Part shown: positions 48,041 through 61,094 of the stretch, piece by piece | Layout: the number at the start of each line of letters is the position of its first letter | Position numbering within the stretch: the stretch's first letter is position 1 | NCBI GenBank assembly: GCA_043798915.1 | Contig: JAZDOG010000089.1 | Location: 1-64,000 of the forward strand | Length of the DNA: 64,000 nt | DNA from: Pseudomonadota bacterium | Lineage (GTDB): Bacteria > UBA10199 > 2-02-FULL-44-16 > JAAZCA01 | Direction of reading: 5' to 3' | Translations under genes and position numbers: made by a program | Notes under the pieces: model-generated | Seen by the model: the letters and a program-made list of their open reading frames with translations, nothing else | Databases searched by the model: none | What the model was told of the DNA's origin: nothing

Positions 48041-48069
48041 TTATCGGCACAACCACACCCGAAAGTTGC
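48041..48069 (-). promoter_or_regulatory. candidate alternative-sigma promoter (sigma-28-like -10 element)
   Basis: Minus strand GCAACTTT-N13-GCCGATAA, about 100 nt upstream of the ATG at 47940. Confidence 0.5.
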
Positions 48070-48158
48070 CCGAGAAAAAATCCGGCGTTCCGTCAAAAAA
48101 ATGCCGTTTACGGTAAATAAATACCCATCCATCCATTTTTCAGGCTTTTGTAGAATTA

Positions 48159-48171
48159 TAACTTATTGATA
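48159..48171. promoter_or_regulatory. IHF binding site
   Basis: Reverse complement TATCAATAAGTTA is an exact WATCAANNNNTTR match. Confidence 0.7.
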
Positions 48172-48207
48172 TATCACGCCTTTTTATGGCGGCGAACGCG
48201 CATCGCG

Positions 48208-48224
48208 TTGGCACGCATTTTGCT
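48208..48224 (+). promoter_or_regulatory. sigma-54 (-24/-12) promoter
   Basis: TTGGCACGCATTTTGCT matches the consensus. Confidence 0.85.
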
Positions 48225-48281
48225 TAATATAAAGACAGGAGAGGCAGGAAGGGGGCTTCGAGTATGATACGGGCGAGGGCA

Positions 48282-48485
48282 ATGGCGGACAGCAGGCCAT
48301 TCTGGTGGGTCATCGTCGCAGCAGCGCTGTGCACGATTGCCCTGTCGATCTCGCCGCTCTTCCGCGGCCTGACCAAAGGAACGAGCGCCGCAACGAGCGG
48401 GATATCCGCCGTCTCATCGTCCGTAGTCGCGACAACCGATTCGCGCGAGGACGACTCCGAAGAATCCGACACAGAATACGCGTAG
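48282..48485 (+). CDS. small single-helix membrane protein with an acidic tail
   Basis: MADSRPFWWVIVAAALCTIALSISPLF...REDDSEESDTEYA, downstream of the sigma-54 promoter. Confidence 0.6.
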   Translation: MADSRPFWWVIVAAALCTIALSISPLFRGLTKGTSAATSGISAVSSSVVATTDSREDDSEESDTEYA

Positions 48486-48488
48486 CCA

Positions 48489-51206
48489 TCAGTGAGCATC
48501 GGACCAGGTGGGGCCTGTGCCTGCGGCTACTTCGAGCGGAACTTTGAGTTGAGCTGCGGAGACCATCTCTTTTATCGCAAACTCCTTCACGCCCTCGACT
48601 TCATCCTTCGGCGCCTCGAAGAGGAGTTCGTCGTGCACCTGGAGGATCATCCTCGCCCTCTTCGATATCTTCGGGAGCCCGGCGTGGATGGAGATCATCG
48701 CGCGCTTTATGATGTCGGCGGCGGTGCCCTGGAAGACGGTGTTGAAGGCCGCCCTCTCCGCGAACTGCGCGAGCTGCCCGTTGGTGCTCGTGATGTCGGG
48801 GACGAACCTGCGACGGCCGAAGAGCGTCTCCACCATCCCCTCTTTCTTCGCCCGCCCTATGACCTCGTCGCGGTATTTCGCAACGCCGGGATATTTTTTG
48901 AAGTAGTTGTCTATGTATTCGTTCGCCTCGCCCACGTCGATCCCCAGCTGGCGCGAGAGCCCGTAGGCCGTCTGCCCATAGATCGTGGCGAAGTTTACGG
49001 TCTTTCCCACCGCGCGCTGCTCGGAGGTGACGTCCTTCGGTTTGACGCCGAATATCCCCGATGCCGTGATCGCGTGGACGTCCTCGCTCTTTTTGAATGC
49101 CTCGGTGAGCGTGGCGTCGCCGGACATGTGGGCCAGGACGCGAAGCTCGATCTGAGAATAGTCCGCGGAGAGAAGCACGAATCCATTCTCCGCCACGAAC
49201 GCCTCGCGGATCTTTCGCCCCTCATCCCCGCGGTTCGGGATGTTCTGCAGATTGGGATCCGACGATGAGAGTCGGCCGGTCGCCGTGACCGCCTGGTTGA
49301 ACGACGTGTGGATCCGCCCGGTCTCCGGGTCGACGAGGAGCTGCAGCGCGTCCACGTATGTGCCCTTGAGCTTGGAGAGCGACCTGTAGTCGATGACAAG
49401 CCGCGCGAGCTCGTTTTTTGATGCGAGCTCCTCGAGTATCTCCTGGTTCGTCGAGAATCCTGTCTTCGTCTTCCTGGCGCCCGGGAGCTTCATCTTTCCG
49501 AAGAGGATATCGCCCAGCTGCCGCGGAGAGTTTATGTTGAAGGGTTCGCCGGCCAGATCGTGAATTATCTTTTCAAGGGCGCCTATCCTCTTCGAGAAAT
49601 CATCGGCGAGCGCGGCAAGCTTTCGCGAATCGACCCTCACGCCGGAGAACTGCATGTCGACCAGAACTTCCAGCAGCGGCATCTCCATGTCGTGAAGAAG
49701 CCCTGAGAGACCCTCTTTCTCTATCTCGCCCCCGAACTTTGCCGCCAGACGCAACGCCACATCCGCCCTCTCGCAGACGTAGTCGCGCGCGCTGGCAGGC
49801 TCCGCCTCGGCAATGCCTATCTCATCGCGGCCCTTGCCTATCACATCTTCAAGGCGAACCATGCTTTGACTGAGAAATCTCTGCGCCAGCGCATCGATGC
49901 CATGATCGCGCGATGGATCGAGCAGATACGATGCGATCATCGTGTCGATCGCAATTCCTTCGACGGCCACGCCCATCCGCCGGAGCATGAGGAGCGCGCC
50001 GTTCAAGTCGTGCCCGATCTTGCGTATGGAGACATCGGCTAAGATTTTGCGCATGGCCTCCACAACTTCACCAAGGCCGACCTGACCTTTGATCAAACTG
50101 CTTCCCCCGAAGAGGTCGGCCGTCTCGCCCTTCTTTTCGGAAACGCCGGACACATGCCCGACCGGTATGTAGGCCGCCTCGCCCTGGCCCCAAGCGAGCG
50201 CGAAGCCGATCACATCGGCCCTCATGGGGTTTGGCAAAGACATCTCGAGGACAAACGAAAATGCGCCAGTCTTCCCCGCCTTCGCCAGCACATCATCGAG
50301 CGCTTTTCGATTTTCCACTAGGCGATACCCATCGCGCGCTATCGACCCTACAGGCGAGAGCTCTCCCAGGAGCTTTGTGAACTCGAACTCGCCGAAGAGC
50401 TCGCGCATCCTTTTGTCGTCTGGTTTCCTGAGGCGGAGATCAGACTCGCTCATCTCTATCTTCACCCCTGTGTCGATCTTCACGAGCTCCAGCGAAAGCC
50501 GCGCCTGGGCGGCCTGTTTCTTGAGCTTATCGCCGAGCGACCCGCCGACCTCGTCGGCGTGCGCGATCGCATTCTCGACCGTGCCGTATTTCTGGATGAG
50601 CACCGTAGCCGTCTTGGGGCCCACACCGGATATGCCCGGCACATTGTCGGATGCGTCGCCGGAGAGCCCCAGCACCTCTACCACCTTATCAGGGCCCACG
50701 CCAAACCTGTCCTCGACCTGTTTGGGGCCTATTCGCAGCCCCTTCATCTCGTCGAGGATCGAGATGTTCGGGCCCACGAGCTGCATGAGGTCCTTGTCGC
50801 CGGAGACGACGACGACCTCGCACCCCTTCGCCGCGTACTCCTTCGCGAGCGTGCCGATCAGGTCGTCGGCCTCGAAGCCTGGCTTGTCGATGATCGGCAG
50901 GCCCAGCACCTCCGCTATCGGCCGCATGAAAGGAAACTGCTGGACGATCTCCTCCGGCGGGGCCTTCCGGTTGGCCTTGTATTCCTTGTACATCTCGTCG
51001 CGGAAGGTGGGCTCGGGTGTGTCGAAGCAGACGGCGACGAGGTCCGGTTTCTCCTCGCGCAAGAGCTTGAGGAGCATCTGGGCAAATCCATACAGCGCGC
51101 CGGTCGGAAACCCCTTCGAGTTCGACAGATTCCTGATGGCGTAGAACGCGCGGAAGAAATAATTCGCGCCGTCGATCAGATAGAGTTTTTGGGGTTTGTC
51201 AGCCAT
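48489..51206 (-). CDS. polA: DNA polymerase I
   Basis: LIDG..FRAFYA, EADDLIGT, GDASDNVPG, TGRLSSSDPNLQNIP, ADYSQIELR, LQVHDEL. Confidence 0.98.
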   Translation of the reverse strand: MADKPQKLYLIDGANYFFRAFYAIRNLSNSKGFPTGALYGFAQMLLKLLREEKPDLVAVCFDTPEPTFRDEMYKEYKANRKAPPEEIVQQFPFMRPIAEVLGLPIIDKPGFEADDLIGTLAKEYAAKGCEVVVVSGDKDLMQLVGPNISILDEMKGLRIGPKQVEDRFGVGPDKVVEVLGLSGDASDNVPGISGVGPKTATVLIQKYGTVENAIAHADEVGGSLGDKLKKQAAQARLSLELVKIDTGVKIEMSESDLRLRKPDDKRMRELFGEFEFTKLLGELSPVGSIARDGYRLVENRKALDDVLAKAGKTGAFSFVLEMSLPNPMRADVIGFALAWGQGEAAYIPVGHVSGVSEKKGETADLFGGSSLIKGQVGLGEVVEAMRKILADVSIRKIGHDLNGALLMLRRMGVAVEGIAIDTMIASYLLDPSRDHGIDALAQRFLSQSMVRLEDVIGKGRDEIGIAEAEPASARDYVCERADVALRLAAKFGGEIEKEGLSGLLHDMEMPLLEVLVDMQFSGVRVDSRKLAALADDFSKRIGALEKIIHDLAGEPFNINSPRQLGDILFGKMKLPGARKTKTGFSTNQEILEELASKNELARLVIDYRSLSKLKGTYVDALQLLVDPETGRIHTSFNQAVTATGRLSSSDPNLQNIPNRGDEGRKIREAFVAENGFVLLSADYSQIELRVLAHMSGDATLTEAFKKSEDVHAITASGIFGVKPKDVTSEQRAVGKTVNFATIYGQTAYGLSRQLGIDVGEANEYIDNYFKKYPGVAKYRDEVIGRAKKEGMVETLFGRRRFVPDITSTNGQLAQFAERAAFNTVFQGTAADIIKRAMISIHAGLPKISKRARMILQVHDELLFEAPKDEVEGVKEFAIKEMVSAAQLKVPLEVAAGTGPTWSDAH

Positions 51207-51257
51207 AGATGATGCCTGGATATAGGGTCGGGCCGTAATAGTTTAACAACCGACATA

Positions 51258-52253
51258 TTATGACGCCGCCTCCAATAGTGGATCAGCTATCGTATAAAGA
51301 CCTTCGCTTTTTTCGATAAAACCGCTATCCATCAATCTGTTTAGCATGGAATACAGCTGTTTATCCGATATTTGTGTCTGACTTTTAATTTCTTCCCACC
51401 TTGCCCCGCCCTTTATCGTTTTCATGATTTTTTTGTATCTCGCTTCGGCATTTGAGGCAAATTTTGCAAACTCCTCCTTTGCAAGCGTCTTGCCCTCTTC
51501 GACAGTTCTTCTCAAAGATTCCTTGGGGGCATATTTTAATCTATACCACCCATACTTTGTGAGCCATCCAATGATACCATCTAATTCCTTTATGGCTGTC
51601 AGGGTTTCTTCATCGCCAAAATCCATTTTTGCCTGTTTCGCGCCCTCTTTTAAATAGACAAAACCGCTCTCCTTGTCCAGCCGGCTCGTTTTGAGCTCAA
51701 ACACAGCCCTTCCATAAAGCGGAGCCTTTGCATTATTTTTGCCCAGAAAATTTTTCAACATTCCAGATTCTGAGCCAGATATAACAATCTTGATATTTCG
51801 GAAATTGTCATAAATGTAAGCAATCGAATTGTCCAGATGCAATCTCTTTAATAACTGAGCCTCGTCTATAACCAGAATCATTTTATGTTTATCCAGATAG
51901 TCCAGCCCTTTTTTTATGAAATTTAACGACAGACCAACCCCTTTCAAAATCAGTCTATCAATTTTAACTCGTTTGACCTTGTCAATTTCATCCGCAAGCT
52001 TGTTATGGAAGTCGTCGCGTGAAGCGACGTCGCGGCTGTCAATCCATACGTATTTTCTGCCCAATGAATTGAGCACCACCTTGATAAGGCTGGTCTTGCC
52101 GGTTCGCCTGAGTCCGTATACTGCAATGAGCGGAGTCAACTTGTCCTGCAGGGCTTTTTTTAGCTCTTCTTGAATCACCTCAAAATTGAAGAAGTCTTTC
52201 CTATGATCTTTTACCTGCGGATTAAAATACACGAACACCTCCCGTCTGGCCAT
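51258..52253 (-). CDS. P-loop ATPase of the archaeal-type ATP-binding family with C-terminal winged helix
   Basis: YFNPQVK..FFNFE, GLRRTGKTS, IDEAQ, SGSESG, PLYGR, GIIGWL, IADP; markedly AT-rich. Confidence 0.8.
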   Translation of the reverse strand: MARREVFVYFNPQVKDHRKDFFNFEVIQEELKKALQDKLTPLIAVYGLRRTGKTSLIKVVLNSLGRKYVWIDSRDVASRDDFHNKLADEIDKVKRVKIDRLILKGVGLSLNFIKKGLDYLDKHKMILVIDEAQLLKRLHLDNSIAYIYDNFRNIKIVISGSESGMLKNFLGKNNAKAPLYGRAVFELKTSRLDKESGFVYLKEGAKQAKMDFGDEETLTAIKELDGIIGWLTKYGWYRLKYAPKESLRRTVEEGKTLAKEEFAKFASNAEARYKKIMKTIKGGARWEEIKSQTQISDKQLYSMLNRLMDSGFIEKSEGLYTIADPLLEAAS

Positions 52254-52380
52254 CCTACATTATGGTGTAAGTTACTTACACTAAGGGTTAGTTGCTGTCA
52301 ATTATTTGATAAACAATCCATTTGTCTTTGATAACGTTATTGAGAACTGGATAAGCAACGGAACCGATGAGGTGCCGATG

Positions 52381-52530
52381 GATAAATAATGGGACCAGCA
52401 TGCCCTCGAGCGGCCTCTGGAGGCGACGACATCCAAGCCTGCAATTTTGCGTCGCCGAAAGGGCAGGCGAGCGAGCGGCGTTTGAGCGAGCGAGACGAAG
52501 CGAGAGGGCATGCTGGTCCCATAATTTATC
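52381..52530. mobile_element. 150-bp MITE-like element with 27-bp terminal inverted repeats
   Basis: gataaat(a/t)atgggaccagcatgccctc at both ends, 1 mismatch. Confidence 0.75.
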
Positions 52531-53506
52531 TAGTCATCAATAATCTGGCGAAATCGCGGGCGAAGTAGGTCAGGATGATATCGGCGCCGGCGCGGCGGAT
52601 CGCGGTGAGCGTCTCCTCCATCGCGCGGCGCTCGTCGAGCCAGCCGTTCGCGGCGGCGGCCTTGATCATCGCGTATTCGCCCGAGACCTGATAGGCGGCA
52701 AGCGGCACGCCGACCGCCTCGCGCGCGCGTGAGATTATGTCGAGATAGGGCATGGCTGGCTTGACCATCACGATGTCGGCGCCCTCCTCCACATCCTCTA
52801 TTATCTCGCGGATCGCCTCCCGCGCGTTGGCGGGATCCATCTGGTAGCTTCTGCGGTCGCCGAACGCTGGCGCGGAGTGCGCCGCGTCGCGGACTGGCCC
52901 GTAGAAGCAGGAGGCATACTTTGCCGCATAGCTCATGATCGCCGTGTCTTCGAAGCCCTTTGCATCCAGCCCCTGCCTGATCGCCGCGACGCGGCCGTCC
53001 ATCATGTCGGATGGCGCGACGATATCGGCGCCGGCCTTCGCGTGCGCAAGCGCCATCGCCGAGAGCAACTCGAGGGACGGGTCGTTCAAGATGCGCCCGC
53101 TCCTGTCGGTCACGCCGCAGTGGCCGTGGTCGGTGTAGGCGCAGAGGCATACGTCGGTGATGATAGTCGTCGCCGGCACGGCTTCCCTGATGGCGCTGAC
53201 TGCGCGAGGAACGAGGCCGTTTGGATCCGTGGCCCCGGATGCCTTCGAATCTTTTTTATCCGGCACCCCGAAGATGAGGATCGAGCCCACCCCTTCCTTC
53301 GAGGCGTCGCGGACCTCCTTCGTCAGCTCGTCGACCGAGAGATGGCAGATGCCCGGCATCGAGGAGATCGGCTTTCTGACGCCCTCTCCCTCCACCACGA
53401 ACGCAGGATAGACGAGCATCGATGGATCGACGCGCGTCTCACAGACGAGCGAACGCATCCTCTCGCTCACCCTGAGCCTTCGCAATCTGGTTTGAGGAAA
53501 TGACAT
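52526..53506 (-). CDS. hemB: porphobilinogen synthase
   Basis: RLRRLR, DVCLCAYTDHGHCG, APSDMMDGRV, YQMDP, MVKPA, AYQVSGEYAM. Confidence 0.97.
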   Translation of the reverse strand: MSFPQTRLRRLRVSERMRSLVCETRVDPSMLVYPAFVVEGEGVRKPISSMPGICHLSVDELTKEVRDASKEGVGSILIFGVPDKKDSKASGATDPNGLVPRAVSAIREAVPATTIITDVCLCAYTDHGHCGVTDRSGRILNDPSLELLSAMALAHAKAGADIVAPSDMMDGRVAAIRQGLDAKGFEDTAIMSYAAKYASCFYGPVRDAAHSAPAFGDRRSYQMDPANAREAIREIIEDVEEGADIVMVKPAMPYLDIISRAREAVGVPLAAYQVSGEYAMIKAAAANGWLDERRAMEETLTAIRRAGADIILTYFARDFARLLMTR

Positions 53507-53510
53507 TTTT

Positions 53511-54719
53511 TTATTTATTCCGTTGAGCAAAAAACGCCTTCGCCTCACCCACCATAGTGAACGAGCCGGAGATGACCAGGGTATCATCGCTGCCGAGGCT
53601 GTCCATCAGTCCCGACAGGGCGAGCGCAATATCCTTCTCGACCTTGACGAGCGCCCCGGACGAGCGCGCAGCCGCCGCCAGGTCCTTGGGCGATGCGGCG
53701 CGCTCCGATGGCGCCTTTGTGCAGACTATCTCGCGGAAGAGCGGCGCCAGAGGGCGCACGATCCCTGCGACGTCCTTGTCGGAGAGCACCCCCAGCAGAA
53801 GCACCGATTTTTCGCGCTTGAGATTATTATGGACGTACGAAGCGAGCGATTCCGCCCCGGCGACGTTGTGCGCGCCGTCGAGTATCACCCGCGGCCCCTC
53901 CGACACGGTCTCGAGCCTTCCCGGCCAGCGCGTCCCTGCCAGCGCCTCCTCGATTTTGCCTATATGAAATCCGGCCTGAGCAAGAAGCCCGGCGGCCTCG
54001 ACGGCGCACGAGGCGTTCTGCCGCTGATGTTCCCCGGCGAGCCCCAGCGGCACCGTCACCTCATCGGGCGTCGCGAGGCAGAGCGGGGAGCCCACGTCGT
54101 CGCAGAAGCGGCGGACGACCTCCATCACCTCCGGCGGTTGGTATGCTACGGCCGTCGGCACACCGCGCTTGATGATGCCGCATTTCTCAGTCGCTATGTC
54201 CTTGAGTGACTCGCCCAGGTGGCGGGTGTGGTCGAAGGAGACGGACGTGATGACGGCCACCTTGGGGAACAGCACGTTGGTAGCGTCGAGGCGGCCCCCG
54301 AGCCCTGTCTCGATGACGCCCATGTCGATCTCCCGGTCGTTGAAATGCACGAACGCCGCGAGCGTCAGCATCTCAAAATAGCTCAGCATCCTCTCATCGG
54401 GTAGCGTCTCGCGGATGCGCGAGACGACTCCGGCCAGTTCCTCGGGGGCGATCATCTCCCGGTTGACCTGTATCCGCTCGCGAAGATCCATCAGATGCGG
54501 CGAGGTGTAGAGGCCGACCCTGTAACCGCTCTCCCTGAGTATCGAGTCGAGGAACGCGGCGGTCGATCCCTTGCCGTTCGTCCCGCTTATGTGCACCGAG
54601 GGAAAACCGCCCTGAGGGTTGGACATGATGCTGCACGCCTCCGTGATCGGCCCGATCTCGAGGCGAAACGCCCTGGGCTGGAGGGAATCGAGATATTTGA
54701 TCGTCTGGTCGTAGTTCAT
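53511..54719 (-). CDS. folC: folylpolyglutamate synthase / dihydrofolate synthase
   Basis: HISGTNGKGST, YTSPHL, ETGLGGRLDATN, WPGRLE, LDGAHN. Confidence 0.95.
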   Translation of the reverse strand: MNYDQTIKYLDSLQPRAFRLEIGPITEACSIMSNPQGGFPSVHISGTNGKGSTAAFLDSILRESGYRVGLYTSPHLMDLRERIQVNREMIAPEELAGVVSRIRETLPDERMLSYFEMLTLAAFVHFNDREIDMGVIETGLGGRLDATNVLFPKVAVITSVSFDHTRHLGESLKDIATEKCGIIKRGVPTAVAYQPPEVMEVVRRFCDDVGSPLCLATPDEVTVPLGLAGEHQRQNASCAVEAAGLLAQAGFHIGKIEEALAGTRWPGRLETVSEGPRVILDGAHNVAGAESLASYVHNNLKREKSVLLLGVLSDKDVAGIVRPLAPLFREIVCTKAPSERAASPKDLAAAARSSGALVKVEKDIALALSGLMDSLGSDDTLVISGSFTMVGEAKAFFAQRNK

Positions 54720-54727
54720 ATGGATTC

Positions 54728-55984
54728 CTATATGACTTTCAAGACCAGCGCCGTTATGTCGTCGCGCGGAGGATCCGGATCGACGAACGCCTGCACCGAT
54801 TCCACGATGACGTCGCATATCTGGCGCGCGCTTCCCACCAGCGCATCGGAGAGGACCTCGACGAGCCTCGCCCTTCCGAAGCGCTCCCCGCGGCGATTTG
54901 CCGCTTCGGTGATCCCGTCGGTGTAGAGCAGGATGACATCCCCCTTTGAGACGACCATCTGCCTCTCGTGGAAGACCCCGCGCGCCTCGAGCCCGATGAG
55001 GCAATCGCCCGTCCCTATCTCCTCGAACTGCCCGCCGGCGGCGCGCCAGACGATCGGAGCGGGATGGCCGGCCGACGTGTACTGGATGACCTGCCGGGAG
55101 CGGAGATACTGCAGATAGATCATCGATATGAATTGCTCCGACTGAAAGAGATCGTCGTAGAGAATCGTGTTGATCCTCTGCACTAGGAGCGAAGGCGAAT
55201 AGTCCGCGTCCATCTGGGAGCGGATGGCCGCCCGAAACGCGGCCATGATGAGCGCCGCCCCGATCGAGTGCCCCGACACGTCGGCGACGACGAAGGATGG
55301 GCGCTTCGCATACGTGAAGAAGCAGTCGTAGTAATCGCCCCCGACGCGCTCCGCGGTGATGAGCCGCCCTGCCACCTCCAGCCCCTCGACCTCAAGCGGG
55401 GAAGCGGGCAAAAGCCGGTACTGTATCTGACGCGCGATCTCCAGCTGCCCGCGGAGCTTCTCCGTCGCATTGCGCTCTTCGACGAGGCGGCAGATGTGGA
55501 GATAGGCCGCGGCCTGGTTGGCAAGCGTAGTGAGGAGCTGGAGATCATCCTCGGTGAAGGCGCTTCCGTCGGTCCTGTCGGTGACGTTTATAACGCCCAG
55601 GGGCTCCTCGCCCACCTTCATGGGGAAACACGTGACCGGCGCGGAGATGAGGGACTTCGTCTGATAGCGGTCGCGGCCCGGGCCCATCTCAGACGCCTTG
55701 ATTTCCGAAACGAGCAGCGGCTCGTGGCTCGCGAAGACCTTGCCCGATATCCCCTCGCCGACCTTCACGACGGCGTGCTCCATGATCCCGGGCTCCATGC
55801 CGCGGGCCGCCGCGATGCGCAGCGCGCCGATTGCGGGATCATAAGTCATGATCGAGGCCTTCTCGACACCCAGAAGGCGCACCACTGCATCGAGGATCAG
55901 CTCGTAGACCTCCCTCGGGTCCTGGGCCCGGACGATCGCCTGGCTTAAACCGTGGATCGCATCGATTGTCGCTCTTTCATTCAT
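54728..55984 (-). CDS. GAF + PP2C (SpoIIE/RsbU-like) phosphatase
   Basis: N-terminal GAF domain; VGGDYYD, ADVSGH, AGHP, YTDGITEA, DDIT. Confidence 0.92.
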   Translation of the reverse strand: MNERATIDAIHGLSQAIVRAQDPREVYELILDAVVRLLGVEKASIMTYDPAIGALRIAAARGMEPGIMEHAVVKVGEGISGKVFASHEPLLVSEIKASEMGPGRDRYQTKSLISAPVTCFPMKVGEEPLGVINVTDRTDGSAFTEDDLQLLTTLANQAAAYLHICRLVEERNATEKLRGQLEIARQIQYRLLPASPLEVEGLEVAGRLITAERVGGDYYDCFFTYAKRPSFVVADVSGHSIGAALIMAAFRAAIRSQMDADYSPSLLVQRINTILYDDLFQSEQFISMIYLQYLRSRQVIQYTSAGHPAPIVWRAAGGQFEEIGTGDCLIGLEARGVFHERQMVVSKGDVILLYTDGITEAANRRGERFGRARLVEVLSDALVGSARQICDVIVESVQAFVDPDPPRDDITALVLKVI

Positions 55985-56385
55985 AGCTCGTAGACCATCC
56001 TCAAAGAATGGCGCCCGTTCTTCATGCGGCTCTCCACCCGTGTCATCAGGCGGTGGATGAGGAAGAGGCCCCTGCCATGGCTCACCGGCTCTTCCGGTTC
56101 AGACACCACGTGGCGGCCTATGCCGCAACCGGTGTCGACCACCTCGATCGTCATGCCGGACAAAGACAAGGCAAGCGAGACGCGGATCGGCAACCGCCTC
56201 CTGCGGCGGTGGGCGTGGAAGATCGCATTATCGACAGCCTCTATCAAGGCCAAAGTGCACGCTGTGACGGCCTTTGGAGGCAAGGCCCTGAGCCCCGCGA
56301 CGCTTACCGCCACAGAGACCCACTGGCGCAAAAGCGCCAGATAGCGGGTGTCGCTCCTGATCGTGAAGGCGCAGCGAAATGGCAT
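55981..56385 (-). CDS. RsbW/SpoIIAB-like anti-sigma kinase
   Basis: LALIEAVDNAIFHA, VVDTGCG, GRGLFLI. Confidence 0.85.
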   Translation of the reverse strand: MPFRCAFTIRSDTRYLALLRQWVSVAVSVAGLRALPPKAVTACTLALIEAVDNAIFHAHRRRRRLPIRVSLALSLSGMTIEVVDTGCGIGRHVVSEPEEPVSHGRGLFLIHRLMTRVESRMKNGRHSLRMVYEL

Positions 56386-56397
56386 AGGCGTCTCGCG

Positions 56398-56742
56398 TTA
56401 CGGTTTTTTGGAGAACTGCCGCACGGCGGCGTTCCAGTCGGCGCAGACTTCGAAGAGCCGGTGCAGCCTCGTGATCTCGAATATCGTCTTCACCTCGTCG
56501 GAGAGGGCGGCCACCTTGACGTCCCCGCTGCGGCTGCGCACACGGCGCAGCAGCGAGATGAGAACCCCGAGCCCCATCGAATCGATGAACGTGAGATTCG
56601 TGCAGTCGATCACGAAGCGCGTTGCGCCCCCGCTCACGAGATCGTAGGCGATCTTCTTGAACGCCGACACCGTATCGGCATCGAGGCTCCCGCCGCAGTG
56701 CATGACATGAATGCCGTTCTCCTGTTTCACTTCGATGTTCAT
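56398..56742 (-). CDS. STAS-domain anti-anti-sigma factor (RsbV/SpoIIAA-like)
   Basis: GSLD, FIDSMGLG (phospho-Ser), IFEITRL. Confidence 0.92.
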   Translation of the reverse strand: MNIEVKQENGIHVMHCGGSLDADTVSAFKKIAYDLVSGGATRFVIDCTNLTFIDSMGLGVLISLLRRVRSRSGDVKVAALSDEVKTIFEITRLHRLFEVCADWNAAVRQFSKKP

Positions 56743-56767
56743 GGGAAACTCCTTTCTTGAGCTGTGT

Positions 56768-58150
<1,383 letters not shown>

Positions 58151-58169
58151 CTCGCTCGCCTCCTGTCCA

Positions 58170-59594
<1,425 letters not shown>

Positions 59595-59600
59595 GAATTC

Positions 59601-59680
59601 CTCCCCCTCCTTTGTAAGGAGGGGCTAGGGGAGGTAGATCCATCGCTGACTATTTTGATCTACCCCACCCTTCCCTCCCC

Positions 59681-59695
<15 letters not shown>
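59601..59695. repeat. inverted pair of REP-like repeats
   Basis: ccccctcctttgtaaggaggggctaggggaggtagatc and its inverted variant gatctaccccacccttccctccccttacaaaggggaggg. Confidence 0.75.
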
Positions 59696-61093
<1,398 letters not shown>

Positions 61094-61094
61094 G

